A stretch of DNA of 62,097 nt, the filler included, from Barthelona sp. PAP020 (Eukaryota): assembly GCA_040182905.1 (NCBI GenBank). It is 2 parts of 2 records of this genome, joined end to end, with 100 filler letters (N's around TTAATTAATTAA, not from the genome) between each part and the next. Parts side by side here need not be neighbours in the genome. Positions count along the whole stretch, not along the records: positions 1 to 31,010 come from JARQWU010000109.1; 1 more part is not named here. The stretch is one strand, 5' to 3'. This document shows, in pieces, positions 1-10,651 of this stretch. The first letter of the stretch is position 1; each line of letters begins with the position of its first letter. The position numbers and the translations under genes are program-made. The notes beneath the pieces are model-generated. The model was given only the letters and a program-made list of their open reading frames with translations, made no database searches and was not told the origin of the DNA.

Positions 1-358
1 TCACTGGCTGATAAAGAATCTTGAAAGATTACAAAAGAAATTTTCCCAAAATTTTCATCCATTGTCTGAATTTCCTTAATCAAATTTTCTATCCAAAGTT
101 ATTGAAGTCATTTCTTTTTTTTTAGGGATTCAATATCGTCCAATCTTTCAATCAGAACTAAGTCATTTCAAACAGCCAGGATTCAAATTCAAGGCTTTCC
201 CAACTATTCATTTCAATAACACACCGTATATAAAAGCTTTCGTATACCTTTTCTTGTACCTAACGTGAATTTTGCCCTTTCGTCCAAAGTGAATTTCAAA
301 TGTAATTTTGATTACTTTAACTTCTTAAAGATTCAAAGACTCGATCCTCATTCATCAT
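1..358 (-). pseudogene. Possible decayed coding sequence running off the window edge
   Basis: The minus strand gives short protein-like segments in different frames (e.g. FEIHFGRKGKIHVRYKKRYTKAFIYGVLLK*, IENLIKEIQTMDENFGKISF) broken by stops and shifts; no family recognised. Confidence 0.2.
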
Positions 359-373
359 TATATAAGGATATAA

Positions 374-447
374 TGGTACCACTGGGGCTTGAACCCAGGA
401 CCTTCGGTTTATTAGACCGAAACACTAACCAACTGTGCTATGGTACC
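374..447 (-). tRNA. tRNA-Ile (anticodon AAU), intronless, no encoded CCA
   Basis: The reverse complement folds as a cloverleaf: acceptor GGTACCA/TGGTACC, D arm with AGTTGGTTA loop, anticodon stem TCGGT/ACCGA with loop CT-AAT-AA, T arm CTGGG-TTCAAGC-CCCAG. An A34 (inosine) Ile anticodon is the eukaryotic type. Confidence 0.95.
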
Positions 448-1383
448 ATGTTAAAAATGCATTAAATAGATACTGATGCTTAAAAGTGTTGTTTGAAAGT
501 TTTCAATATTGAGAAAATTCTATTTTAAACAGTTTTAATTTTTTCAGTTTTGATTTTTTATTACATGTTAAATTAATAAGTATTAATTATATGTTCAATT
601 TAATTGTCCTTAATTATTTCCAAGCCAAGAAGCACTGTGCGTATGAGTGAATAAAAAAGAATAGTGTTTATTTGGTTAAAGGCTTTCGAGGCCCGATTGA
701 TTTGTTGAAAAACTTTAGATTTTTTAAGGTAAAGTTTAAACTTTAAAATTTTGCTTTTGCAAAAATACAAAAAAATAGAAATGGAAAATTTTTCCAAAAT
801 TTTCATACTTGATGAGCAAGATTCAATTGCAGTCACTCATTTTCTGTGGCTGAGATTTACTGAAATGAGTTTTCTCTGATTACTTTTTCTTTGTAAATAA
901 ATATAGTTGTTTCACAACTTGACCAATTTAATGAAATTTCAAAAGAAAATGAATAGTTTTAACGGTTAAGTATGTATGGTCTAAAAAGTTAGCAACTTAC
1001 TGGATTTTGTTCATAAAGGGAATTTCAGTTTAAAAACAAAAAGCCACCAATAAATAAACATTCAAATTTTTAATCTTCAAGCGATTAAGGAATATTTCAC
1101 TATTAAACTATCAATAGTTTCTAGTGAGTGTCAAGTCAATTGAATTCTGACTGAATTTGCTCTACTTATCAGTTGTTCAATTAAGCAAGTAGTCCAATGA
1201 TAAATATTATCTTTTGTTATTTTGCTAAAATAAAATAATTATTAACAAAAGAAGTTGGTATTAAGACACTTTTTTCACAATTTGAAACAATGTAATTGAT
1301 TCAACAAATTTGAAAGTTTATCATTTTTACTCTTTATTCCTTTATGCATTGATTAAAAAAAAATGTAGTTTTACATATTTGCT

Positions 1384-3560
1384 ATGTTTTTCTTTTAGGA
1401 AAAACAAAAAGCAGAAGAACAAGATCATTGGATAAAGAAACACAAAAATGTTGTTGAATAACTGAATAAAGACGTTTTTGAACAATTGGAAAATTTTATT
1501 TGTGCTAATGATGTTAATATTCCTGGAAATGAGATTAAAATATGTGAAAGAAACTTTATAGTACGTGAATTTGAGGTTTTATATCTTGCAAAGCGACTTG
1601 AAAAGACTGTTCTGATCAAAGTCTATTTGAACAAAATTGCTGACAATGTATTCACAAGAGAATGTTTGTCCATGGTTTTAAACCACCCATTTATTCAACA
1701 ACTTATGGGTGTGACTGAGATTGATGGAAAGAAAGCTATTACAGTGGATTATTGTGACACTATTTTTGAAAACATGATACCTGAGTTATCTTTGAAGAGA
1801 ACTTGGTTATCATGATGCAAGCATCCTATGAGCTTAAGTTTTGCCATGGAAAAGGTGTTATACACAGAAGTCTACAGCCAAAAAATATTTTGTTGAGACT
1901 TAATCCTGATAACATGTATATACCTGCAATTACTGATTTTGGGCTTATTTCCGCTGTAACCAAAGGTTCAACAAATTGCACAGTAGGTGACATAAGATAT
2001 GTTGTTCCAGAATTGACAAATGAACTTGAATGTATGAATACAATGGCTGTGGATGCCTGGTAATTTAGTGTTAATTTGACGCAAGTCATCTCTGGATTTC
2101 TTCCTTTCAATGGACTGACCAAAGTTCAAGTTTCTATTAGTTTAAGAGACGGAAAACTTCCTTATGACAGACAGTTATTAGACAAAATTCTTGGTTCTGG
2201 AATTATCAAGAAGTATTTGAGTGTTAATCCGGCTAAAAGGTTAACTTTCAGTGACATTAGTGAGTATTTAGAGATGCTAATTGAGTGTTTCAATGACTCA
2301 AACTTTAAAGCAGACAACCTAGTGAAAGAATTTGCTACAATTAAAGAGATATACTATTTATATGAAGAAATGGAAAAAAAATGATCAAAAATTTAGAATT
2401 AATCAAAAAATTTGATCTTTTCAAGGTCAAAGAAGATCTATCATTGGATAAAAAACATTTTGTCCAAAATAATGGTAATTGGAAAAAATATTGACAGAAA
2501 GTGTCAAATGAACCAGAGTAAAAAAACCTATCACCCAATTTGCAAATCAGATTAATCAATTAACTAACAAATTAAATGATACTACAAGCAATAAAGAGAG
2601 AAAAGTATCTGTTATTAACAAAAATCATGTTGTTCATGCCTTCGAAAGGTTTGATGAAATTCCCATTTTTAGTCAAAAGTTTGCAGCTGGGACAATTGTT
2701 CGTGCTCTTGCCTATAGTCTTGATGGATGTTTTTTTGTGGTTGTGGGATTTCACACAAAACTGCTTTGAGTTTATAACACTGTAACATATTATATTTTAC
2801 ATGAAGGGGAATATGTAAAGGGATTTGGTTTCAGTTTTAGCCCAAAAGATAACTTGTTGGCAGTTGGTGAATATGATGATAAAGGTTCAGCCATTCATAT
2901 TATTGAATTTGATGGTTCGAAAACTGTAGAGTGATTAGGATATGACCAAGGATATGGAAGGTGTGTGGTTCTGAGCGGATGATAAATTGCTTTCATTTGG
3001 GATGCTCGATAGTTATGTTGCTATATATACTGTTGAAGGACAGAAGTTGCATGAATTGCGAGGACATCGACATGATGTTAGGTGTGTTTGCATCAACCAT
3101 AGTATGAAGTACTTTGCTTCCGTCAGTTGGGATGGATGTTCAAATTTGTTTTCATTAGATACGTATGAAGAGCTTCATACGTGGAATCATGATGGAAAAA
3201 AGATATTTTCAGGTAGTTTCTCACCTGATGGAGCATATTGGGCAATAGGTGATCAAAGTGATACTATCAGGATATATGATGTTGAATCAACAGAGATGTT
3301 AGGAAAGTATAAGGTTTATAATGGTTGGATTAGATCAATAATCTTTTCCAAAGATGGTTAATTGATATATACAGGTTCTGAGGAAAGATCGTTTGCTATG
3401 TTTCGGAGAGAAATAGGTCAAGTAGTGCAGAAAGTTCATGTGCCTGAGGAAATTTTTGCTATGGCTCTCAATTATGATGGATCTCGTTTGTTGTGTGGGT
3501 TTTTAAAGAGCTGGAAAGAAAATTCCCCAATTTTGGAGTTCATTGCATCTCATTGTAAAA
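1384..3560 (+). pseudogene. Disrupted protein kinase (TKL-like) + WD40-repeat gene
   Basis: Fragments 1486-1815, 1803-2063 and 2076-2384 carry kinase motifs (HPFIQQLMG, IHRSLQPKNILL, ITDFG, DAW*F). Fragments from about 2600 to 3560 carry WD40 repeats (LRGHRHDVRCV...ASVSWDG, FSPDG...IRIYD). In-frame stops (TAA 1459, 2061, 3359) and several frameshifts break it. Confidence 0.8.
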
Positions 3561-3732
3561 CATTGCAATTTTTTCTTTTTCATTTACATTTTTTAATCTT
3601 GTTTTTACACTCCTTCTTAGATAAAAAAATGATAGGTCAAAATTTAACCATTAACAAAACTCTTCATTAAACAGAAGTTGAATCAAAAAAAAATTTTTTT
3701 TTTTATAAGTGTGCAAATACCGCCAAAAGAAA

Positions 3733-4995
3733 TCAATGAACAGTTTTTCTTTTTTTATTTTTTTTTGCGACTTTTCTATTTTTCTTTGTCATTGCCAATT
3801 TTTCATCACTTTCTTTAATTTGTTCATCAGCCATTTTAATTGCTTGTTGAACCGATTGACTAAATTCATTTATTTCTTCTTTATCCACATTAACCTTCTC
3901 AGTCTTTACTTCCAAAGTTTTTTCAATTTCTAAGAATTGGGTAAAGTTAAACTGAGTGATGATACTGAAAGCTAATCCTGATCTGCCTGCACGAGCAGTT
4001 CTACCAATTCTATGAGTGTAAGTTTCAGCATCTGTTGGCAAATCAAAATTCATCACGATATCAACATGAGGAATATCTAAACCTCTAGCAGCAACATCAG
4101 TCGCAACTAGAATGTCACATTTTTTTCTGCTTCTAAACTTCCCTAATGAAGCATAACGTTGAGATTGGTCCATATCACCATGTAAAGGCAAAGCCATAAA
4201 GCCCAAGATCCTCAAAACTAATGCCAATCTACGTGTCTCTAATCTAGTGGCACAAAAAACCATAACTGTCTTACCAACCCAATGATTCAACAAAGATACC
4301 AAAGTAACATATTTATTGTTGGGACTTGATAAGGCGAATTGTTGAACTAATGTACCTACCGCTTGATTTGTTCTTGAAACAGAGACAAACTGAGGATTGT
4401 TTAATTCAGCACGTTTCATTTGTTCCACTTTTGAAGTAATAGTGGCTGAATACAGATACGTAGTTCTTTCAGTAGGTAAAGCTTTCATAATCACATCTAT
4501 TTCTTTTTCATAATCAGGGCCTAACAATCTATCAGCTTCATCCAATACTAAATACTTAATTCCTTTTAATGATAAGTTAGGAGAATGTTCTAAGTGCTCG
4601 GCTAAACGTCCTGGAGTAGCCACAATAATATGAGGACCCCTTTGTAAAGCAAAACTTTGAGGAAAAAACTCCATACCACCAACAATACAACAAGTATTGA
4701 TATCAACAATACGATGTGACAAAGAAGCAACTTGATCTTTTATTTGCATTGCCAATTCTCTTGTGGGTGATAAAATTAGAGCAAAAAATCTTGAAGGATT
4801 TTCTAACAAATGATGTAAGATAGGTAATGTAAAGGCTCCTGTTTTTCCTGAACCTGTTTCACTAAGCCCAATTATATCATTTTCTCCTAAAGCAATTGGA
4901 ATAGCTTTTTTTTGTATCGGTGTAGGTTCTTTCCAACCTAATTTTTGACATGCTTGAACCAATTCATCATTTAATCCGAGATCCTTGAAAGTCAT
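3733..4995 (-). CDS. DDX47: DEAD-box RNA helicase DDX47/Rrp3 (18S rRNA processing)
   Basis: Q motif (PTPIQ), ETGSGKT, PTRELA, DEAD, YSAT and HRIGRTARAGRSG motifs; basic C-terminal tail typical of Rrp3. Confidence 0.85.
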   Translation of the reverse strand: MTFKDLGLNDELVQACQKLGWKEPTPIQKKAIPIALGENDIIGLSETGSGKTGAFTLPILHHLLENPSRFFALILSPTRELAMQIKDQVASLSHRIVDINTCCIVGGMEFFPQSFALQRGPHIIVATPGRLAEHLEHSPNLSLKGIKYLVLDEADRLLGPDYEKEIDVIMKALPTERTTYLYSATITSKVEQMKRAELNNPQFVSVSRTNQAVGTLVQQFALSSPNNKYVTLVSLLNHWVGKTVMVFCATRLETRRLALVLRILGFMALPLHGDMDQSQRYASLGKFRSRKKCDILVATDVAARGLDIPHVDIVMNFDLPTDAETYTHRIGRTARAGRSGLAFSIITQFNFTQFLEIEKTLEVKTEKVNVDKEEINEFSQSVQQAIKMADEQIKESDEKLAMTKKNRKVAKKNKKRKTVH

Positions 4996-5131
4996 TGGTG
5001 AAAAATAATAAATAAAAAAGAAAAATTCTTGAACTTCATTCTTTTACTTTTTGTTGATATTTCAACACAATATAAAATTAAAAAAACAAAAACTTTGATA
5101 ATTAAAAAAAAAGCCCACATTTATTGAAAAA

Positions 5132-6116
5132 TTAATTGTTGTTTTCTTCAACTTCAATTTTCTCATCTTTTGCTTCTTCTTCTTCAGTTACACTCACAGT
5201 TTCGACTTTTTTTTCAGGATTTTTTGCAATATTGGATCCTTTATTGCGCAATCTAGCACGTAGTGCAGCTTCAATTTGTTTTTGTTTGCTTTGAGCAAAT
5301 TCCAAAGTCTTTTTAATGGGAACATTATCGGGACTCAAAGTTAATGCTGTTTCCAATGATTTTATGCAATTGGAAAATTCATTCAGAGCAAGATATGCTT
5401 TTCCTTTGTTAAAATGAGCTTTCACAGAATTTGGTGAAATATTTAAAGCTAAGTCACAAGAAGTAATTGCACTTTCATGATCGTTCAGTTTGGATAATGC
5501 AATGGCCTTGTTTAAATAACAAGCTTCCAATAATTGTCTTCCTTCAGTTTTTTGTTCTTCTGTTCCATCATCTAATCGATTCAAACGTTCAAATAAGGTG
5601 ATAGCTTGTGTCCAACAATTTTCAGCAACATTATAGATACTTTTTTGGAACATCAATTTTCCACGGTCTTTTCTTTCTTTGCCAACTTCCAATTGTCTAG
5701 AAGGATCTGTGATAGATGCAATATTTGAATCATGATAATCAAATAATTCAATTTCAAAAATCAAAGTGCTGCTTGGTGGAATCTTAGGTGGGCTTCCACG
5801 AGCACCATAAGCATATTCTGATGTTAATGTAAATATTGCTTTTTCACCTAATTTCATGGATTTAACACCAATATCCCATCCTTTAATGACACTACCTTTA
5901 CCAAGAACAAAATCAAAGGTTTCATTTCTATCACGAGATGAATCAAATTTACTTCCATCAGATTCTAATGTTCCAACATAATGAACATGAACAGTTTGAT
6001 TATTTTCAGGACATTCTCCAAAACCTTCGGTGATTATTTCTTTCACAACACCGCCATCTTGTTACGTTAGTGATCATTGAATCAATAAAAATACCTTCAG
6101 TCAATTGAACAGACAT
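5132..6116 (-). CDS. FKBP-type peptidyl-prolyl isomerase with TPR domain; 2 exons (6116-6095, 6057-5132)
   Basis: FKBP domain (VHYVGTL..GSKFDSSRDR, VIKGWDIGV, YAYGARGSPPKIPP) followed by three TPRs. Removing the 37-nt intron supplies an ATG and the N-terminus MSVQLTEDGGVVKEIITEG, which restores the conserved DGGVxK motif. Confidence 0.92.
6058..6094 (-). other. 37-nt spliceosomal intron in the FKBP-TPR gene
   Basis: GTATTTTTATTGATTCAATGATCACTAACGTAACAAG: GT donor, CACTAAC branch point, AAG acceptor; removal restores the frame and a conserved motif. Confidence 0.88.
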
Positions 6117-6440
6117 TACAAAAAAATTCAATGAGGAAATTTGAGGTTGTTTTTTTTCAAAATTCACAAATATGTTTGTTTGGTTTGTTTCATTTTAATA
6201 ATCTTTGGATCATATCATTCAATCAAATGTTTTGGTCATTGTATGGACTTTAGAAAGATATTTTGCGCACCTTTTTAAGGACTCGTTATTAATTATTATT
6301 TTGAACTTTCCTTGATTTAATAAATACAATCTACAGTAAAATACAGGAATTAGTTTTATTTTTAATGAAGAAAACGATTTCAACTAAAAAAAAAAGGGGT
6401 TCAATTTTAAAATTTCTTTTTTTGTTCGATTTGTCATTTC

Positions 6441-8729
6441 ATGGAAGATAAGAACAACATTCAAGTTGTAGTAAGAGTTCGACCTCCACGCAATGGTGAC
6501 TTTAACAATTCAATGGTCGTTAATTCATCAGATCAATCAATTAATATTGGACAAGGAAAAGACTCAAAAATTTTCACATTTGATCGAGTTTTTCCTGAAA
6601 ATACAACACAAGAACAAATTTATGATGAAATTGGTCGAAATTCTGTTTCAGATGTTTTGAAAGGATATAATAGTACTATAATGGTTTATGGACAAACAGG
6701 TAGTGGTAAAACATACACAATCACTGGTGGATCTGATGTTACATATCGTCGAAGGGGATTGGCACCAAGAATCATTAATCACATTTTTGAAGAAACTAAT
6801 AAAAGAACTGATTGTAAAATTACAGTGAGAATGTCATATTTGGAGATATATCAAAACAAGTTTTCTGATTTGCTGAAACAATTACCTGCTGATGAACTTG
6901 GACATTCTTTGGCGGAATTGTATGGTAATGGAGAAGATTTGCATGTTGTGGACGATGGAACTGGAACTACAAAAGTTGTTGGATTATCTTGTCCTGTTGC
7001 TGAATCGGAAGAAGAAGCGTTGCATTATTTGTTTGAGGGTGAAACCAATAGGTCAATTGCAGATCATGCGATGAACAAAAATTCTAGTAGATCTCATTGT
7101 ATCATAACTCTATATTTGGAGATTCATTCTCGAGTTGAATCTAGTGCCAATGTCATTCAGTCCAAACTTCACTTAGTTGATTTGGCAGGGAGTGAACGCG
7201 TTAAAAAGACTGGTGCTGAAGGCCTTGTTTTAAATGAAGCAAAATATATCAATCAATCCTTATCCTTTTTAGAACAAGTCATTGTTGCTCTTACTACCAA
7301 GTCAAGAGAACATGTTCCTTATAGACAAACAAAATTAACCAATGTCTTGAGGGATTCCTTAGGTGGAAATTGTAAAACAACATTGGTTGCCAATGTGTCA
7401 CCTGAATCTGTTCATTCTGATGAAACAACATCCACTTTGCGATTTGCCTCCAGAGCACGAAGAATTGAAAATTCGTACAGACAGAATATCATTCTTGATC
7501 CTCAACTATTAATTAAACAACAAGAAAAAGAAATTGCATTGTTGAAACAAGAATTATCGATGTATGACCTTTTGAATAATAGAGAAACCACTGTTGAACC
7601 TTTATCAGCTTCTGAATTGAGAGAATTGAGAGAGAATGTTTGCAGTTATGTTAATGGAGAGACTGATATTAATGTTGCTTCTTTGAGACAAATTCAAGCA
7701 GTTTTTGGCATTTTTAAGGAGATGCTATTAGATAACAATTTCCAATTGAAGGCCAGTGCCAGGGAACAGAATGATAATGTTGAAAATAATGTGATGATTC
7801 AACCAGAAGAAGAAGAAGATGATGCTGTTGGCAGTGATGATGATACACATGGTTTTGGTACTACTCTTGGAACTGTGGCAAGTGGTTCACGTCCTGCTAA
7901 TGCCACTTTGTTTAATTTAGCCAAAGAAGATAAAATGGCTAAGGGTAATATGTCTGTTGCTAGTCCTTCCCGAATGTCTGTAAATATGTCGATAAGTCCT
8001 ACTTTCGACCACAAAAGAACACAAATGACATCTCAATTGAACAATAACGAGCCAATTCAAACATTCAATGATGGAACAACGGCAGTTGTTGGAAAGTCCG
8101 CTTTTGAAACTGTGGGTTCTGCGGAAAAGGAAGAATATTATGAAAGATATCTTTCAACCAGTGCAGGTAGGGAGCTAAAGGGTATTTTAGATGAAAAGAA
8201 AACAAACGTCAATGAAATTGTCAGAAATATTGAGGAATTGGTCTCCAATGTTAATGAATCAAAGAAAATTATTGATTCAATAAAGAATGAACTGAATTCT
8301 TATCGTTTATTGAAGGAAGATGATTCTTTACCTGATATTAAGACATCAGACGCTGTGGTTGTTGATGAAACAGAAATAAATTTATTAAATAGTTTGAAAG
8401 ACAACAAAAAGAATTATAAAAGATCCTATAATGAATTGGTTGAGCAGAAGAAGGCTTTGAAATTTGAAAAACAAAATGTTTCATTGCAAAGGCAAAAATT
8501 ATTGAATGCTTTTGATCGTTGGTTTGCTTTGAAAATACAAGAAAAAAGATTGGTGAAATCTGGACAAAATATCGAAAATATGGATACAAGTGAATTGTTT
8601 GATCAATTAGAGCAACAAAAAGTTATTTCACAAAATCCTGAATCTTTGGCTTTTTTCAATGCAAGAAAACAACATCAACAAACAATCAATGTTCGTAAAA
8701 TCAACAAGCAGAGAAACACTAAGAATTAG
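6441..8729 (+). CDS. KIF9: Kinesin-9 family motor (KIF9/KLP1-like)
   Basis: N-terminal kinesin motor (GQTGSGKT, NSSRSH, DLAGSE). The LKQELSMYD neck and the C-terminal ESLAFFNA segment resemble KIF9/KLP1. Confidence 0.82.
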   Translation: MEDKNNIQVVVRVRPPRNGDFNNSMVVNSSDQSINIGQGKDSKIFTFDRVFPENTTQEQIYDEIGRNSVSDVLKGYNSTIMVYGQTGSGKTYTITGGSDVTYRRRGLAPRIINHIFEETNKRTDCKITVRMSYLEIYQNKFSDLLKQLPADELGHSLAELYGNGEDLHVVDDGTGTTKVVGLSCPVAESEEEALHYLFEGETNRSIADHAMNKNSSRSHCIITLYLEIHSRVESSANVIQSKLHLVDLAGSERVKKTGAEGLVLNEAKYINQSLSFLEQVIVALTTKSREHVPYRQTKLTNVLRDSLGGNCKTTLVANVSPESVHSDETTSTLRFASRARRIENSYRQNIILDPQLLIKQQEKEIALLKQELSMYDLLNNRETTVEPLSASELRELRENVCSYVNGETDINVASLRQIQAVFGIFKEMLLDNNFQLKASAREQNDNVENNVMIQPEEEEDDAVGSDDDTHGFGTTLGTVASGSRPANATLFNLAKEDKMAKGNMSVASPSRMSVNMSISPTFDHKRTQMTSQLNNNEPIQTFNDGTTAVVGKSAFETVGSAEKEEYYERYLSTSAGRELKGILDEKKTNVNEIVRNIEELVSNVNESKKIIDSIKNELNSYRLLKEDDSLPDIKTSDAVVVDETEINLLNSLKDNKKNYKRSYNELVEQKKALKFEKQNVSLQRQKLLNAFDRWFALKIQEKRLVKSGQNIENMDTSELFDQLEQQKVISQNPESLAFFNARKQHQQTINVRKINKQRNTKN

Positions 8730-8842
8730 TGTAAGTTTTATTTAATAATCGAAGAAATAAAGACTTGTATATTATTTTGTTCTTTGAATAATTTCAAACA
8801 AAAAAAGATGTGCACTTTTGCTTTACAAAAACAAATATACAT

Positions 8843-9109
8843 TTAATTATGAGTGGCTTCAAGTTCTTCAACAAGAGCAATATAAGCATTCATAGCATCT
8901 TCAGCACTCATTCCTTCAACTTCTTTCCAAGCAGTCCATTTGGCTCTTTCTTTGGGGTGAATCATGCCAGGTTTGGGATTAGTGTTGTCTCCAACAGTAG
9001 CTTGTTTGAAAAGTGCATACAATCTTTTTAAATAATCATTATTTGGCTTTGTTTTTAACTGGGTTACACGTTCTGCAGCAGAATTAAATTGGGTTGTCAA
9101 ATCACTCAT
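8843..9109 (-). CDS. ACBP: Acyl-CoA-binding protein, 88 aa; ATG at 9109
   Basis: LYALFKQATVGD, KPGM...ERAKWTAW and AMNAYI form the ACBP signature. Confidence 0.93.
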   Translation of the reverse strand: MSDLTTQFNSAAERVTQLKTKPNNDYLKRLYALFKQATVGDNTNPKPGMIHPKERAKWTAWKEVEGMSAEDAMNAYIALVEELEATHN

Positions 9110-9338
9110 GGTCAAAAGTAAAAAAATGGATAATGAATCACATTTTTGCAATCTAACATTAAAAAATTTTTATGAAGAGTAAAAAATCTTCTTAAAAATT
9201 TGTTTATATTGTGTAGAATTGTTTCAAAATAAAATTTTTTGCAAAAAGGTTCAAAACTTATTTTTGGAATCAATGATTTGAAAGCAAAAAATTCTCCTAT
9301 TTTTCATCATTTATCCATAACAATGCAATATTTTGAGA

Positions 9339-9492
9339 TTTAGATCATAATTCTGATTATTGTTCTGGAGGGAGGTTTAAAAATGAATTTGTAATAAATG
9401 ATAGCCATCAACGGGAAAATACAATTTATTCTCTTTCAAGGGAAAGAATTATGGTCTGAAGTTTTTGCTAAACTTTGGTTTTCAGCAAAAAT
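9339..9492 (+). ncRNA. Candidate structured non-coding RNA (long three-stem hairpin plus a 3' hairpin), family unknown
   Basis: Nested helices paired by eye: 9339-9354/9445-9460 (16 bp, 2 G-U), 9366-9375/9430-9438, 9383-9393/9420-9429, mini-hairpin 9399-9410, then hairpin 9461-9469/9484-9492. The G-U pairs form only on the + strand. Confidence 0.35.
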
Positions 9493-9686
9493 GCGAATTT
9501 GAAAACAATTGGAGAGATATTTATGAATGACACATGTCAACCACAAACAAAATATTGTTAATTGTTGATTGCGCAAAATTACTATTGTGATTGTTCCGCA
9601 ATTTCACAAAAAACTGCTTTGGAAAGAAATAATATGCTACAGATACAAAAAAATCAAATATATTTACAAACAATTGTTCCATTCTT

Positions 9687-10421
9687 TTAGATATTGACAT
9701 AATCATTTTCAGTGTAGCTTTTATCGTCAACAAATTCAATCATTGGACCAACCACTTCTCTATTGATAATATATGAATAACAAAATTGTGCCATATAATA
9801 TGAAATGATGCAAAAGACACCAAGTGCACGTCCTATTGGTTCAGAAAAATTATGAAGCAATCTGATCAAAATTGAAAAATCAGAGAGTGTAAAAATAAGA
9901 ACCCCTGATTGATACCATATGGAGTTTTGAGTAAAGGCACAGAACAAAGTTAAACCCACAGTTATCATATATACGAATAAACAAATTCCTAAAAAGCCTT
10001 TTTGAAAGACAAAAGGACTTGCAATAATACTCATTGTAACATAAATACCAACAGTTATTCGATTAGATTTTTTCAAAAAATTCACATTGGGATTGTTGTG
10101 CAAGAAAGTAATCTGAAATAATATTTGAGCAAATAAAAAGTTTAACACACCAAAAGGATAAAATCTCTTGTCAACAGCTTGATAATACATGAAAAAATCC
10201 CCAATCATCGAAAAAAACTCAGCTAAAGCAAAAAAAAATGTCTTTTCTGCCTTATATTTGTAATTTAATATCAAACTATTCAACATCAAAACAAAAGGGG
10301 GAGCTAATGTCATTATGTAAAAAAAAACGGATTTGAAGCCCAGCAAATGACAATAACAACTAATCACCGATAACCCAACAAAAGGAAACATAAATCCTAA
10401 CGATTGATTAAACTTGAGCAT
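9687..10421 (-). CDS. YhhN/TMEM86 family lysoplasmalogenase-like membrane protein
   Basis: About 8 hydrophobic segments with family motifs IGDFF, GVLNFLFAQ, GVLIFTLSD and YYMAQ. Confidence 0.75.
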   Translation of the reverse strand: MLKFNQSLGFMFPFVGLSVISCYCHLLGFKSVFFYIMTLAPPFVLMLNSLILNYKYKAEKTFFFALAEFFSMIGDFFMYYQAVDKRFYPFGVLNFLFAQILFQITFLHNNPNVNFLKKSNRITVGIYVTMSIIASPFVFQKGFLGICLFVYMITVGLTLFCAFTQNSIWYQSGVLIFTLSDFSILIRLLHNFSEPIGRALGVFCIISYYMAQFCYSYIINREVVGPMIEFVDDKSYTENDYVNI

Positions 10422-10651
10422 TCTTAAAAAAAAGAAAAGAATTAGTTTAGAAAGAAAATGTCAGGGGAATGGATTTCATTTCCCAATCAAAATCAAATCA
10501 TTTTTTTTTAATTCAAGTTGAAGTATTCACATCAACAATCATTGTGCAAAAACTTCAGACATTGAAAAATCTTTTCGATTGAATATTTATTAAGAATAAA
10601 AGGTAAAAATACTCTTCCTTTCGCTTTTTTTTTGAATATTTTCATAATCCA

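Noticed and set aside
265..465. 66-aa ORF overlapping the tRNA
   Set aside because: Non-ATG start and antisense to the tRNA-Ile gene; VPLGLEPRTFGLL is a typical tRNA shadow translation.
826..885. TPP-riboswitch-like GCUGAGAUUUAC motif with a hairpin
   Set aside because: The pyrophosphate-binding half (UGAUC-P5-UAAU-GCG) is missing and no thiamine-related gene is adjacent.
1384..3560. Stop-codon reassignment (TAA/TAG = Gln, as in hexamitid diplomonads) to explain in-frame stops
   Set aside because: The region also has frameshifts and TGA stops, and the TAA at 2061 falls at the Ser position of the kinase DxWS motif. Intact genes end in TAA, TAG or TGA at their expected C-termini, and the 4,500-codon dynein has no internal stop.
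10465..10485. GGGGAAUG/CAUUUCCC hairpin between divergent genes
   Set aside because: A single 8-bp hairpin without further support; compatible with chance.
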